A DNA stretch of 64,000 bases from Candidatus Avedoeria danica (GTDB lineage: Bacteria; Chloroflexota; Anaerolineae; Epilineales; Epilineaceae). The stretch spans positions 23,506 through 87,505 of the forward strand of contig JADJCV010000003.1 of NCBI GenBank assembly GCA_016703025.1. Direction: 5' to 3'. Made by a program: the position numbers and the translations under genes. The notes under the pieces were generated by a model. The model worked only from the letters and a program-made list of their open reading frames with translations, was not told where the DNA came from and ran no database searches. Below are positions 29,330-38,211 of this stretch, piece by piece; the first letter of the stretch is position 1; each line of letters opens with the position of its first letter.

Positions 29330-30645
29330 TCGAAGGCGGGACTGAGCCGATCGCGGCGGCAACGACGTCGCTGATGCCGCAGGCGGCTTCGGTCTCGGCC
29401 GGCTCCCCTGTCGCCGATCCCGTGCCCGGTCTCGATCCGGCGGCCATCCGACGTGACTTTCCGCTCCTCGTCGCCCATCCCGAGCTGATCTACCTCGACA
29501 GCGCCGCAACGGCCCAGAAGCCGCAAGCGGTTCTCGACGCGCTCCTCGACTTCTACACGCACCACAACGCGAACGTCCACCGGGGCGCCTACACGCTGGC
29601 GGCCGACGCGACGCTGGCCTACGAGGCGGCCCGCGCCCGGATCGCCCGCTTCATCGGCGCGCGCGATGCGGCCGAGGTCGTCTTCACGCGCGGGACGACG
29701 GAGGCCGTGAACCTCGTGGCCGGCGCGTGGGGACCGGCGAACGTCTCCGCTGGCGACACGATCGTCGTCACGGAGATGGAGCACCACAGCAACCTCGTGC
29801 CGTGGCATCTGCTGGCCGCCCGGACCGGCTGCCGGCTGCGCGTGGTCCCGATCACACCCGACGGCCGCCTCGACCTCGACGGGCTCGACGGCCTGGTCGA
29901 CGAGACCGTCAAGCTGATCGCAGTCGCCCACATCTCGAACGCCGTCGGCACCGTCAATCCCGTCGCCGACATCGTCGCCGCCGCGCGGCGCGTCGGTGCG
30001 AAGGTGCTGCTGGACGCGGCGCAGAGCGTGCCGCACCGGAAGGTGGACGTCACCGCGCTCGGCGTCGACTTCCTGGCCGCCAGTGGGCACAAGATGATGG
30101 GCCCGATGGGCATCGGCTTCCTCTGGGCGCGGGCCTCGATCCTGGCCGGGATGCCGCCGTGGCAGGGCGGCGGCGAGATGATCCGGCGCGTGACACCGAC
30201 CGACAGCACATACGCCGATCCGCCGCAGCGCTTCGAGGCCGGCACGCCGTCCGTCGCGGATGCCGTCGCGCTCGCCGCCGCCGCCGACTACCTGGACCGC
30301 CTCGGCCTCGACGCCTGCGCCGCCCACGATGCATCGCTCGTCGCCTACGCCCTCGAGCGGCTCGGCGACGCGCCCGGCGTCCGCATCGCCGGCCCGCTCG
30401 ACGCCCCGTCGCGCTGCGGCTCGGTGGCCTTCACGGTCGACGGCGTGCACGCGCACGACCTGGCGACGCTGCTCGACGGCGACGGCCTGTGCGTCCGCGC
30501 CGGCCACCACTGCACGATGCCGCTGCACGCGCGGTTGGGGCTGGCGGCGACGGCGCGGGCGAGCTTCCAGGTGTACAACGGTACGGCGGACATCGACGCG
30601 CTGGTGGCGGGGATCGCCCGGGCGCGGGGGGTGTTTGGGGTTTAG
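29326..30645 (+). CDS. sufS: Cysteine desulfurase (SufS-type, class V aminotransferase)
   Basis: IRRDFPLL...IYLDSAATAQKP...NANVHRGAYTLA...SGHKMMGPMGIGFLW (PLP Lys)...GHHCTMPLH (catalytic Cys). TTG start overlaps the sufA stop. The alternative ATG at 29374 is possible. Confidence 0.85.
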   Translation: MIEGGTEPIAAATTSLMPQAASVSAGSPVADPVPGLDPAAIRRDFPLLVAHPELIYLDSAATAQKPQAVLDALLDFYTHHNANVHRGAYTLAADATLAYEAARARIARFIGARDAAEVVFTRGTTEAVNLVAGAWGPANVSAGDTIVVTEMEHHSNLVPWHLLAARTGCRLRVVPITPDGRLDLDGLDGLVDETVKLIAVAHISNAVGTVNPVADIVAAARRVGAKVLLDAAQSVPHRKVDVTALGVDFLAASGHKMMGPMGIGFLWARASILAGMPPWQGGGEMIRRVTPTDSTYADPPQRFEAGTPSVADAVALAAAADYLDRLGLDACAAHDASLVAYALERLGDAPGVRIAGPLDAPSRCGSVAFTVDGVHAHDLATLLDGDGLCVRAGHHCTMPLHARLGLAATARASFQVYNGTADIDALVAGIARARGVFGV

Positions 30646-30670
30646 ACAAAGGGGCTCGCGTGGCCGAGGA

Positions 30671-30830
30671 GGCCCCCGCCCCCGGCGCGCTGTCGCGCGC
30701 CGACCCCTCCCCCAATACTGGGGGCGGGGTGCAGAACGAATGCGACTCGTTCAAGACCCTCCCCCAGAATTGGGGGAGGGACAGGCTGGCCGCAGGCCAG
30801 CCAGGGCGGGGGCCTCGCCGCACACCACAA
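30671..30830. repeat. Palindromic intergenic repeat element copy A (about 150 bp), related to copy B at 61442-61590
   Basis: Inverted 24-26-bp motifs cccctcccccaatactgggggcgggg / ccctcccccagaattgggggaggg, followed by the hairpin ggctggcc-gcag-gccagcc. GC-rich inverted flanks ggcccccgcccccgg / agggcgggggcc. Lies between the sufS stop and the flotillin promoter. Confidence 0.6.
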
Positions 30831-30928
30831 CCCCATCCGCCCATCCATCGTATGATCCCCCCGTGCTGCGTCCCCCGGACGGCACCGTGCCGCCCCGACG
30901 CACACGCGCAAGGAGGATCACACCAACC

Positions 30929-33073
30929 ATGAGCCCGTTCGTCTGGCTGTTCCTGGCCGTCATCGCCCTGCCGACGGCGTGGTGGCTGTTCCCGCGCTTC
31001 AGCGGCATCCGCTTCATCCCGAACAACCGCGTCGCGATCGTCGAGAAGCGGTTCAGTGGGCGCGGCTCGCTCAAGAGCGGCTTCATCGCCCTCAACGGCG
31101 AGGCCGGCTATCAGCCGCAGGTGCTGCGCGGCGGGCTGCACTTCCGGATGCCGCTGCAGTACAAGATCCACAGCATCCCGCTCGTCACGATCCCGCAGGG
31201 CAAGCTCGGCTACATCTTCGCCCGCGACGGCGCGCGGCTCGAGCCGGGGCAGACGCTGGCGTCCAACTCACGCGTCGTGAACTTCGAGGACGCGGATGCG
31301 TTTCTGCGCGGCGGCGGGCAGCGCGGGCCGCAGCGCCAGGTGCTCCGCGAGGGGATCTACGCCTTCAACCTGGCGCAGTTCGCCGTGATCACGGACGAGA
31401 AGGTCTACGCGCTGGCGCTGTCCGGCGAAGAGGCCGAGATCATCAAGCAGATGGCCGACATGATCACCCAGCGGGACGGCTTCCGCGCGGTGATCATCAA
31501 GGACGCGGACGACCTCGCCGGCGTCGTCACCGTCCACGACGGGCCGTCATTGCCGCAGGGTGCGATCATCGCCCCGACGATGGGCGACGACCCGGCCCAC
31601 GCCGACACGTACCACAACAGCTTCCAGGACGCCGACAAGTTCCTGGCCGCCGGCGGCATGCGCGGCCGGCAGCTGCAGGTGCTCGTCGAGGGCACGTACT
31701 ACCTGAACCGCCTGTTCGCCACGGTCGAGACGATCCCGAAGACCGTCGTCGACGTGGGCTACGTCGGGGTCGTCGTGTCCTACATCGGCGAGGTCGGCAC
31801 GGACATCTCGGGCACGGACTACAAGCACGGCGAGCTCGTAACGCGCGGCAGCCGCGGCGTCTGGAGCGAGCCGCTCCTGCCGGGCAAGTACGCGTTCAAC
31901 ACGTACGCCGGCAAGGTCAACATGGTGCCGACGACCAACTTCATCCTGAAGTGGGTGCGCAGCGAGTTCGGGTCGCACAACCTGGACGAGAACCTGTCCG
32001 AGGTCTCGTTGATCACGAAGGACGCGTTCGAGCCGAACCTGCCGCTGTCGGTGGTCATCCACATCGACTACCGCCAGGCGCCGCTCGTGATCCAGCGCTT
32101 CGGCGATGTGAAGCGGCTGGTGGAGCAGACGCTGGACCCGATGGTGTCGGCGTACTTCAAGAACATCGGCCAGACGCGAACGCTCATCCAGCTGATCCAG
32201 GAGCGGAACCAGATCCAGGAACAGGCCAGCATCGAGATGAAGGCCAAGTTCCACCACTACAACCTCGAGCTGGAAGAGGTCCTGATCGGCACGCCGGCCT
32301 CGAGCAGCGGCGACGACAAGATCGAGGTGATCCTGACGCAGCTGCGCAGCCGCCAGATCGCCGAAGAGCAGGTCGAGACCTACAAGCGCCAGGAGCGGGC
32401 GGCCTTCCAGGAGCGCGTCCTGCGCGAGGCCGAGGCCAGGGCGCGCCAGCAGCAGAAGCTGACGGAGTCAGAGGTCGAGATCACGATCCAAAGCAACCAG
32501 GGCAAGGCGGACTACCAGCGGGCGTTGCAGCAGGCCGCCCAGATCCGCGCGCTGGCCGAGGCCGAGGGCGAGAAGGCGGCCCGCATCGGCATCGGACAGG
32601 CGATGGCCATCGAGGAGCAGGTGCGGGCGTACGGCGGGCCGCAGTTCCAGGTGATGCAGGCGGTGATGAACCGGTTCGCCGAGGCGATCGAGGCCTCGGG
32701 GGTCGACGTCGTGCCGAAGATCCTCATCGGCGGCAGCGGCGGCGGTGCGGGCGGCGATGGGTCGTCGGGCGGCGGCGGGGCGTTCGGCGGGGGCGGCGGG
32801 AGCGGCAGCCTCGTCGAGGCGTTGCTGGCGATGCTGCTGAGCGACAAGGTCGGCGGGCTGGCGAGCGCGGGCGGTGGCGACGGCGAGGGGGGCGGGCGGA
32901 GCCCGGAGGTCGAGGCGATGCGGAAGCAGATTCGGGAGGGGATGTTCAAGAAGGTGGAGGAGGTGTCGGAGGCGGTGGCCGCTCCGCCGGCAGCGCCCGC
33001 ACAGTCGACGCCCTCGGGCACGGGAACACCCGGCGCGCCGGCGGGATCGACGGCAGGGGCGACGCCGGCGTGA
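30929..33073 (+). CDS. Flotillin-like SPFH/band-7 protein (714 aa)
   Basis: Met224 of the track ORF with AAGGAGGA upstream. N-terminal TM (MSPFVWLFLAVIALPTAWWLF), an SPFH domain, and a long coiled coil (EQVETYKRQERAAFQERVLREAEARARQQQKLTESEV...). Gly-rich C-terminus. Confidence 0.8.
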   Translation: MSPFVWLFLAVIALPTAWWLFPRFSGIRFIPNNRVAIVEKRFSGRGSLKSGFIALNGEAGYQPQVLRGGLHFRMPLQYKIHSIPLVTIPQGKLGYIFARDGARLEPGQTLASNSRVVNFEDADAFLRGGGQRGPQRQVLREGIYAFNLAQFAVITDEKVYALALSGEEAEIIKQMADMITQRDGFRAVIIKDADDLAGVVTVHDGPSLPQGAIIAPTMGDDPAHADTYHNSFQDADKFLAAGGMRGRQLQVLVEGTYYLNRLFATVETIPKTVVDVGYVGVVVSYIGEVGTDISGTDYKHGELVTRGSRGVWSEPLLPGKYAFNTYAGKVNMVPTTNFILKWVRSEFGSHNLDENLSEVSLITKDAFEPNLPLSVVIHIDYRQAPLVIQRFGDVKRLVEQTLDPMVSAYFKNIGQTRTLIQLIQERNQIQEQASIEMKAKFHHYNLELEEVLIGTPASSSGDDKIEVILTQLRSRQIAEEQVETYKRQERAAFQERVLREAEARARQQQKLTESEVEITIQSNQGKADYQRALQQAAQIRALAEAEGEKAARIGIGQAMAIEEQVRAYGGPQFQVMQAVMNRFAEAIEASGVDVVPKILIGGSGGGAGGDGSSGGGGAFGGGGGSGSLVEALLAMLLSDKVGGLASAGGGDGEGGGRSPEVEAMRKQIREGMFKKVEEVSEAVAAPPAAPAQSTPSGTGTPGAPAGSTAGATPA

Positions 33074-33078
33074 GCGCG

Positions 33079-34581
33079 CTAGCGCATCGCAACGGGTAGC
33101 CAGACACGGGACCGCGGCGCCGGCTTTGGAAGCGGCGTCGCGGTCCCGTGTGGTTGCGGCGAAGGCACGGCCGTCGGCCCCAGTTCGGCCTCCCGGATCA
33201 GCCGATCGAGCGTGTCGAAGCCCAGCGCGTCGTAGATGGCGGCCAGCGCCCGGTCCGGCTCGTCGCCGTCCGTCATCCAGGTGCGACCGTCGAGTGCGAC
33301 GAAGTACGGCTTGTTTCGGCGGCGGAAGAACGTCGATGTGTGGCTCGTGAAGCCGACGATGGCGTCGTCGCCTGTGGCCAGATCGAACGCGAACGTCGAG
33401 TACACGTCCGGCATTGCGGTCGCTGTCGGCAGTGGCAGCGAGGCCTCGAGAGGCGTGTCGGCAAGCTCATCCAGGAATGTCGCCATCGCCTGATGCGAGA
33501 TCGTGACCGCTTCGGACGCCTCAAGGACAAAGCGCCACTGCCAGGCATCGACCTTGAAGTTGGCCGTGCCGTGCCAGGCATCGGGTGCCCGCTGGACGTT
33601 GATCGATGCGTCGTCGGTCCGGCCCAACGTCATGAAGCGGTGGCTGACGTGCAGGCGGTCCGTCGCCGCCAGGTCCGGCATCCGCTCCACCCCCGCCGGC
33701 CAGAGCTGCTCGGCAAAGAACGGCGCCAACGTCGTCATCAGCTCGATGGGCATGTACGGCGCGTGCCCCTTCCCCTCCAGCGGATGGTACGCGAACGGCA
33801 CACCGACGGCCTCCGCCCGATCGCGTAGCTTCGTCGCCTCGCCGAACGGCACGATGTTGTCCGCCGTGCCGTGGACGATCGCCAGCGGCGGCTCGCCGGC
33901 TTCGAGGTCGTTCACTTGGTTGTAGAGGCCGCCCCAGAGGTCCATCACAAGGGCGACGTCGGAACCATCGTCGGACGCGTCGTCGGCACCGCCGCCCGCA
34001 GGGCGCGCGACGTCCGTGTAGGCCAGGAAGAGCGACGTGATCGCGCCGGCCGACGAGCCGCCGATGACGATGCGGTCGGTGTCCAGGCGGTACGTCGCCG
34101 CGTTCGACCGCAGCCAGCGCACGGCTTGGCGGGCGTCGGCGACGGCGGCCGGGATGCCGTCGCGGGCGATGTCGCCCTGGTTCAGGCGGTAGCTGATCGC
34201 CACCGATACGTAGCCGCGGCGGGCCATCTGCTCCGCGTAGACGCGCGGTTCGAGCTCTTTGTTGCCGGAGACGAATCCGCCGCCGAACAGGAAGACGAAG
34301 ACGGGGCGGGCAGGGGAGGAGTCACCGGCCGGCTCGTAGATGTCCAGCTTGAGGTCGACGGGGCGGCCGGTGGGCTTGTCGATGGCAGTGGCGTAGGTGA
34401 GGTCGTTCGTGCGGGTGACGCGGTCGAAGGCGAGGTCGACGTAGCGGGTGGGGGGTGCTGGCTGGGCGTGGGCCGGTGGGGGAGCGGCGGGCAGGGCGTG
34501 GGTGGCGAGGAAGGGCAGCGCGGCGAGGGCCGCGACGCCAGCGATGCGGGCAGGGGCGAGCGAGCGCGCGTTGGCAGGCAT
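33079..34581 (-). CDS. Secreted alpha/beta hydrolase (esterase/lipase-like) with an extra C-terminal domain
   Basis: N-terminal signal peptide. Oxyanion-hole FGGGF, nucleophile elbow GGSSAG, and His near GKGHAPY. About 500 aa. Confidence 0.8.
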   Translation of the reverse strand: MPANARSLAPARIAGVAALAALPFLATHALPAAPPPAHAQPAPPTRYVDLAFDRVTRTNDLTYATAIDKPTGRPVDLKLDIYEPAGDSSPARPVFVFLFGGGFVSGNKELEPRVYAEQMARRGYVSVAISYRLNQGDIARDGIPAAVADARQAVRWLRSNAATYRLDTDRIVIGGSSAGAITSLFLAYTDVARPAGGGADDASDDGSDVALVMDLWGGLYNQVNDLEAGEPPLAIVHGTADNIVPFGEATKLRDRAEAVGVPFAYHPLEGKGHAPYMPIELMTTLAPFFAEQLWPAGVERMPDLAATDRLHVSHRFMTLGRTDDASINVQRAPDAWHGTANFKVDAWQWRFVLEASEAVTISHQAMATFLDELADTPLEASLPLPTATAMPDVYSTFAFDLATGDDAIVGFTSHTSTFFRRRNKPYFVALDGRTWMTDGDEPDRALAAIYDALGFDTLDRLIREAELGPTAVPSPQPHGTATPLPKPAPRSRVWLPVAMR

Positions 34582-34770
34582 GCGGGCATGATACGCCGTA
34601 GGGACCCGGACGCGAACTTAGCGCGCCGTGGATCCGAAGGGCCGTGGCTTCACCGCCCGCCAACCCCGCCTACTTCGCACCACGGAGCCGAACGGCTCGG
34701 AGTGCACGATCGGCTGCTCTGACGCAAGATTGGTGAGCCAACGTTCCGCATCGCCTTGATGGAGTCCCCG

Positions 34771-35430
34771 ATGACCACTCGCCCCAACATCGGCGCACGT
34801 CGCCCGCGCCCCGCGCTTGCCGCCCTCGTCACGGCTGCCGTCGCCGCGCTCGTCCTCGCCCTTCCGCGTGTCCGTCCCGTGCATTCCGCCGCCGCGCCCC
34901 TTGCGGCCGCACCCGCCGCCGTGAACGCCCGCCCGCTCGCTGCCGATCCCGTCCCGGCCTTCGCCGAAGGCAACCTCGGCGCCTATGTCGCCGTCGCCGA
35001 TGCGTGCTCGTACTACCCGCTCACGACATGTGGCGGTGCGGTCATCCAGGTCTCGGAGAGCGCCCCCGGCCAGCTGGCGGGCTACGTCGGGCGGGACGTC
35101 CGCATCGAGCTGACGAGCGCGGTCTGCGGCTCCAGCATCGCGGGCCGTCCATTGGAGGGCCCGGTCGCAGTCCGCGTCCAGATCGCCGGACCGTGCGGGC
35201 CGCCGTTGACGCCGCAGGCATGCCCGAAGCTCGCCAACCGCGTTCCGGCCGTCGTGGTCGATGCCGCGCTCGCGGACCCGAGCCGTGTGCTGGGGTGGGG
35301 CGAGCGATGCAACACCGCCGTCCCGTTCGGGCCGTTCAACCCGCGCAAGTCGCGACTGACGCTGCTGAATCCGGGCGTGCCGTTCCACCCGACGCTGAAC
35401 TCGGTGGTCTTCAAGTGCGGCTGTCCGTAG
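34771..35430 (+). CDS. Secreted Cys-containing hypothetical protein (about 219 aa)
   Basis: Signal peptide MTTRPNIGARRPRPALAALVTAAVAALVLALP. GGAG 5 nt upstream. Cysteines in the mature part (CSYYPLTTCGG, CGSS, CGPPLTPQAC, FKCGCP). Divergent from the esterase. Confidence 0.55.
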   Translation: MTTRPNIGARRPRPALAALVTAAVAALVLALPRVRPVHSAAAPLAAAPAAVNARPLAADPVPAFAEGNLGAYVAVADACSYYPLTTCGGAVIQVSESAPGQLAGYVGRDVRIELTSAVCGSSIAGRPLEGPVAVRVQIAGPCGPPLTPQACPKLANRVPAVVVDAALADPSRVLGWGERCNTAVPFGPFNPRKSRLTLLNPGVPFHPTLNSVVFKCGCP

Positions 35431-35574
35431 GCACGAGCCGGGAGAAATCGCGCTGAGCGCTCGGACCTGCGGCGAGGTCCGAGCGACCGGGGATCCTGCC
35501 CGCGCGCCAGGCAGCCGAACGCCCCGATGCTACAATCCACCGTCCCCGCCCCCTCCCCGAAAGTGACCGCGCGC

Positions 35575-37020
35575 ATGTCCACGCCCCTCGCCAATCCGCC
35601 CCAGACGCCGCCCCCCACCCGCCCCGAACGCGACTCCCTCGGCGACGTCCCCGTCCCCGCCGACGCCCTCTGGGGCGCCTCCACCCAGCGCGCCGTCGAC
35701 AACTTCAGCGGCATCAGCGGCCTTGTCTTCTCCCGCCGCTTCCTCCACGCCCTCGGCCTCGTGAAGCTCGCCGCCGCCGGCGTGAACCAGGCGCTGGGCG
35801 ATCTGCCGGACGACCTCGCCGATTCGATCGAGGCCGCCGCGCGCGACGTCGCCGACGGCGCGCACGACGCGCACTTCCCGATCGACGTCTTCCAGACGGG
35901 CTCGGGCACGTCGACGAACACGAACGCGAACGAGGTCATCGCCAACCTCGCCAACCAGCGCCTCGGCCAGCCGCTCGGGACGAAGGCGCCCGTCCACCCG
36001 AACGACCACGTGAACATGGGGCAGTCGTCCAACGACGTGATCCCGACGGCCATCCACGTCGCGGCGGCGCTCGCCATCGTCGACCCGGCGGACGGCCTGC
36101 GCGCATCGCTGCTGCACCTGGCGGACGCGATCGACGTGCAGGCGCGGGCGAACGACGATGTCGTGAAGACCGGGCGGACGCACCTGATGGACGCGATGCC
36201 GGTGACCGTCGGCCAGGCGTTCGGCGCCTGGGCCAGCCAGATTCGCGCCGCCGTCGGACGGATCGACGCCCTCCTGCCCGAGCTCTCGCAGCTGGCGATC
36301 GGCGGCACGGCGGTCGGCACCGGCATCAACACGCGCGCCGGGTTCGGGAAGGCGGTCGCGGCGCGGCTGTCGGCGCTGACGGGCCACCCGTTCAGCGAGG
36401 CGGACGACCACTTCATGGCCCAGGCCACGAGCGACACCGCCGCGGCCGTTTCGGGCGCGTTGAGCGCGACGGCCGTCAGCCTGATGAAGATCGCCAACGA
36501 CCTGCGCTGGATGAACTCCGGCCCGCAGGCCGGGTTGGCGGAGATCACGCTGCCGGCGCTGCAGCCGGGCTCGAGCATCATGCCCGGCAAGATCAACCCG
36601 GTCATCCCCGAAGCGGTCACGATGGTCTGCGCGCAGGTGATCGGCAACCATACGACGATCACGGTGGCGGCGCAGGCGGCGAACTTCGAGCTGTCCGTCA
36701 TGCTGCCCGTCATCGCCCGCAACCTCCTCGAGAGCATCGCCTTCTTGTCCGGTGCCGCCCGGGCCCTGGCGGACCGCGCCGTGCGGGATCTCGTCGTGAA
36801 CCGTGACCACATCGCCGGCCTGGTCGAGCGCAACCCGATCCTGGTGACGGCCCTCAACCCGGTCATCGGCTACGACCGGGCGGCGAAGATCGCCAAGCAG
36901 GCCTACGCCGAGGGCCGGCGGCTGAAGGACGTGACGGCCGAGCAGACCGACCTCACGGCCGATGAGATCGACCGCCACCTCGATCCGGTGGCGCTGGCGC
37001 ACCCGCACGCGCGGGATTGA
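35575..37020 (+). CDS. Fumarate-lyase-family enzyme, closest to aspartate ammonia-lyase (class II fumarase/aspartase family)
   Basis: Family signature GSSIMPGKINP. HPNDHVNMGQSSND. The NPVIPE and LPALQ motifs fit aspartase better than FumC. TACAAT -10-like hexamer about 38 nt upstream. Start Met17 of the track ORF (uncertain). Confidence 0.85.
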   Translation: MSTPLANPPQTPPPTRPERDSLGDVPVPADALWGASTQRAVDNFSGISGLVFSRRFLHALGLVKLAAAGVNQALGDLPDDLADSIEAAARDVADGAHDAHFPIDVFQTGSGTSTNTNANEVIANLANQRLGQPLGTKAPVHPNDHVNMGQSSNDVIPTAIHVAAALAIVDPADGLRASLLHLADAIDVQARANDDVVKTGRTHLMDAMPVTVGQAFGAWASQIRAAVGRIDALLPELSQLAIGGTAVGTGINTRAGFGKAVAARLSALTGHPFSEADDHFMAQATSDTAAAVSGALSATAVSLMKIANDLRWMNSGPQAGLAEITLPALQPGSSIMPGKINPVIPEAVTMVCAQVIGNHTTITVAAQAANFELSVMLPVIARNLLESIAFLSGAARALADRAVRDLVVNRDHIAGLVERNPILVTALNPVIGYDRAAKIAKQAYAEGRRLKDVTAEQTDLTADEIDRHLDPVALAHPHARD

Positions 37021-37026
37021 CGACCC

Positions 37027-38160
37027 TTGCGCTGCGCAAAGTGCGGCCACAAGATTCGCGGCGCCACATGGTATTGCCCGTCGTGCGGCACGCCCGTCGA
37101 TGACCTGAACGTCGCGGACAGCGTCTACGCCTCCGGCTGGTCGAGGCTGTGGGTGCGGATCCTCTCGGCCGCCGTGGCGCTCTTCGCGCTGGCCGGCGTC
37201 GTCTTCCTGACCGGGCGCGTGCTGCGGGGCGTCGACCTGGCCCGCCGCACCGCCCGCCCGACCGCCACCGCCGCGCTGCCCGCCGCGCCATCCGCCGCGG
37301 ACGCCGGCGCCACCGTCAATGGGCCGATCGAAACGCTCGTCGCCGCCGGCGAGCGCAGTGCCGGGCTCTACCCGGACGGTGCCGTCGACGCGCCGCCCGG
37401 CGTGGCGACGGCGTTGCCGACGGGTGAGCCGACGGTGGTGGCGCCCGCGGGTGTGCCGACGCAGCTTGCCGCGCCGAGCACGGACGTGCCGGCCCGCGCC
37501 ACGCCGCCCCCGACCGCCCCCGCCCGCCCGGATGCGCCCGTTTGGGCCATCCCGCGCATCGGCAGCACGCTGCAGATGGACGGTTGGCTGGACGACTGGC
37601 CGACCGCGCCGCTGTCGATTGCGGACGTCGTGTTCGGGCGAGGCGCGTGGTCGGGGGCGGACGATCTGTCGGCCACCGCTCGCATGGCGTGGGACGAGCA
37701 GATGCTCTACCTCGGCGTCGAGGTGACGGATGACGTTTTCAGCCAGGGTGCGTCGGGCCGCGACCTGCACATGGGCGACGGCGTCGAGCTTCAACTGGAC
37801 ACCGACCTCGCCGGCGATTTCGACAGCGAGGCGATGAGCGCGGACGATTGGCAGATCGGCATCTCACCCGGCGACCTGGCCGGCCGTGCGCCGGAGGTCT
37901 ACGCCTGGCGCCCGCGCAGCGGGCCGATGTCCGGCGTCCGCCTCGGCGCCCGGGCGACCGACACCGGCTACGTCCTCGAAGCCGCCCTCCCGTGGGCCGC
38001 GATCGACGTCAACCCGCAGGCCATCGACACCATCGGCGCTTCGCTGAACGTCACCGACAACGACACGGGCGAGAGGGCACAACAGACGATGATCGCCTCG
38101 AGCGCGCGCCGGGCGTGGGGGGATCCGCGGACGTGGGGGACTTGGGTGTTGGGGCGGTAG
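37027..38160 (+). CDS. Membrane-anchored protein with an N-terminal zinc-ribbon (CxxC-x13-CxxC), one TM helix and a C-terminal CBM9/DOMON-like domain
   Basis: MRCAKCGHKIRGATWYCPSCGTP, then TM WVRILSAAVALFALAGVVFLTG, then LQMDGWLDDWPTAP...LYLGVEVTDD...GDGVELQLD. Only a TTG start is available in frame, 6 nt after the preceding stop. Confidence 0.55.
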   Translation: MRCAKCGHKIRGATWYCPSCGTPVDDLNVADSVYASGWSRLWVRILSAAVALFALAGVVFLTGRVLRGVDLARRTARPTATAALPAAPSAADAGATVNGPIETLVAAGERSAGLYPDGAVDAPPGVATALPTGEPTVVAPAGVPTQLAAPSTDVPARATPPPTAPARPDAPVWAIPRIGSTLQMDGWLDDWPTAPLSIADVVFGRGAWSGADDLSATARMAWDEQMLYLGVEVTDDVFSQGASGRDLHMGDGVELQLDTDLAGDFDSEAMSADDWQIGISPGDLAGRAPEVYAWRPRSGPMSGVRLGARATDTGYVLEAALPWAAIDVNPQAIDTIGASLNVTDNDTGERAQQTMIASSARRAWGDPRTWGTWVLGR

Positions 38161-38189
38161 AGGACGGTAGGGGTCGCGGAATCGGGACA

Positions 38190-38211
38190 GGGGCACGGCG
38201 CGCCGTGCCCC
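38190..38211. terminator. Perfect 22-bp GC palindrome ggggcacggcgcgccgtgcccc between convergent genes, overlapping the stop of the SufU-fusion gene
   Basis: Seen directly. Bidirectional terminator-like. Confidence 0.45.
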
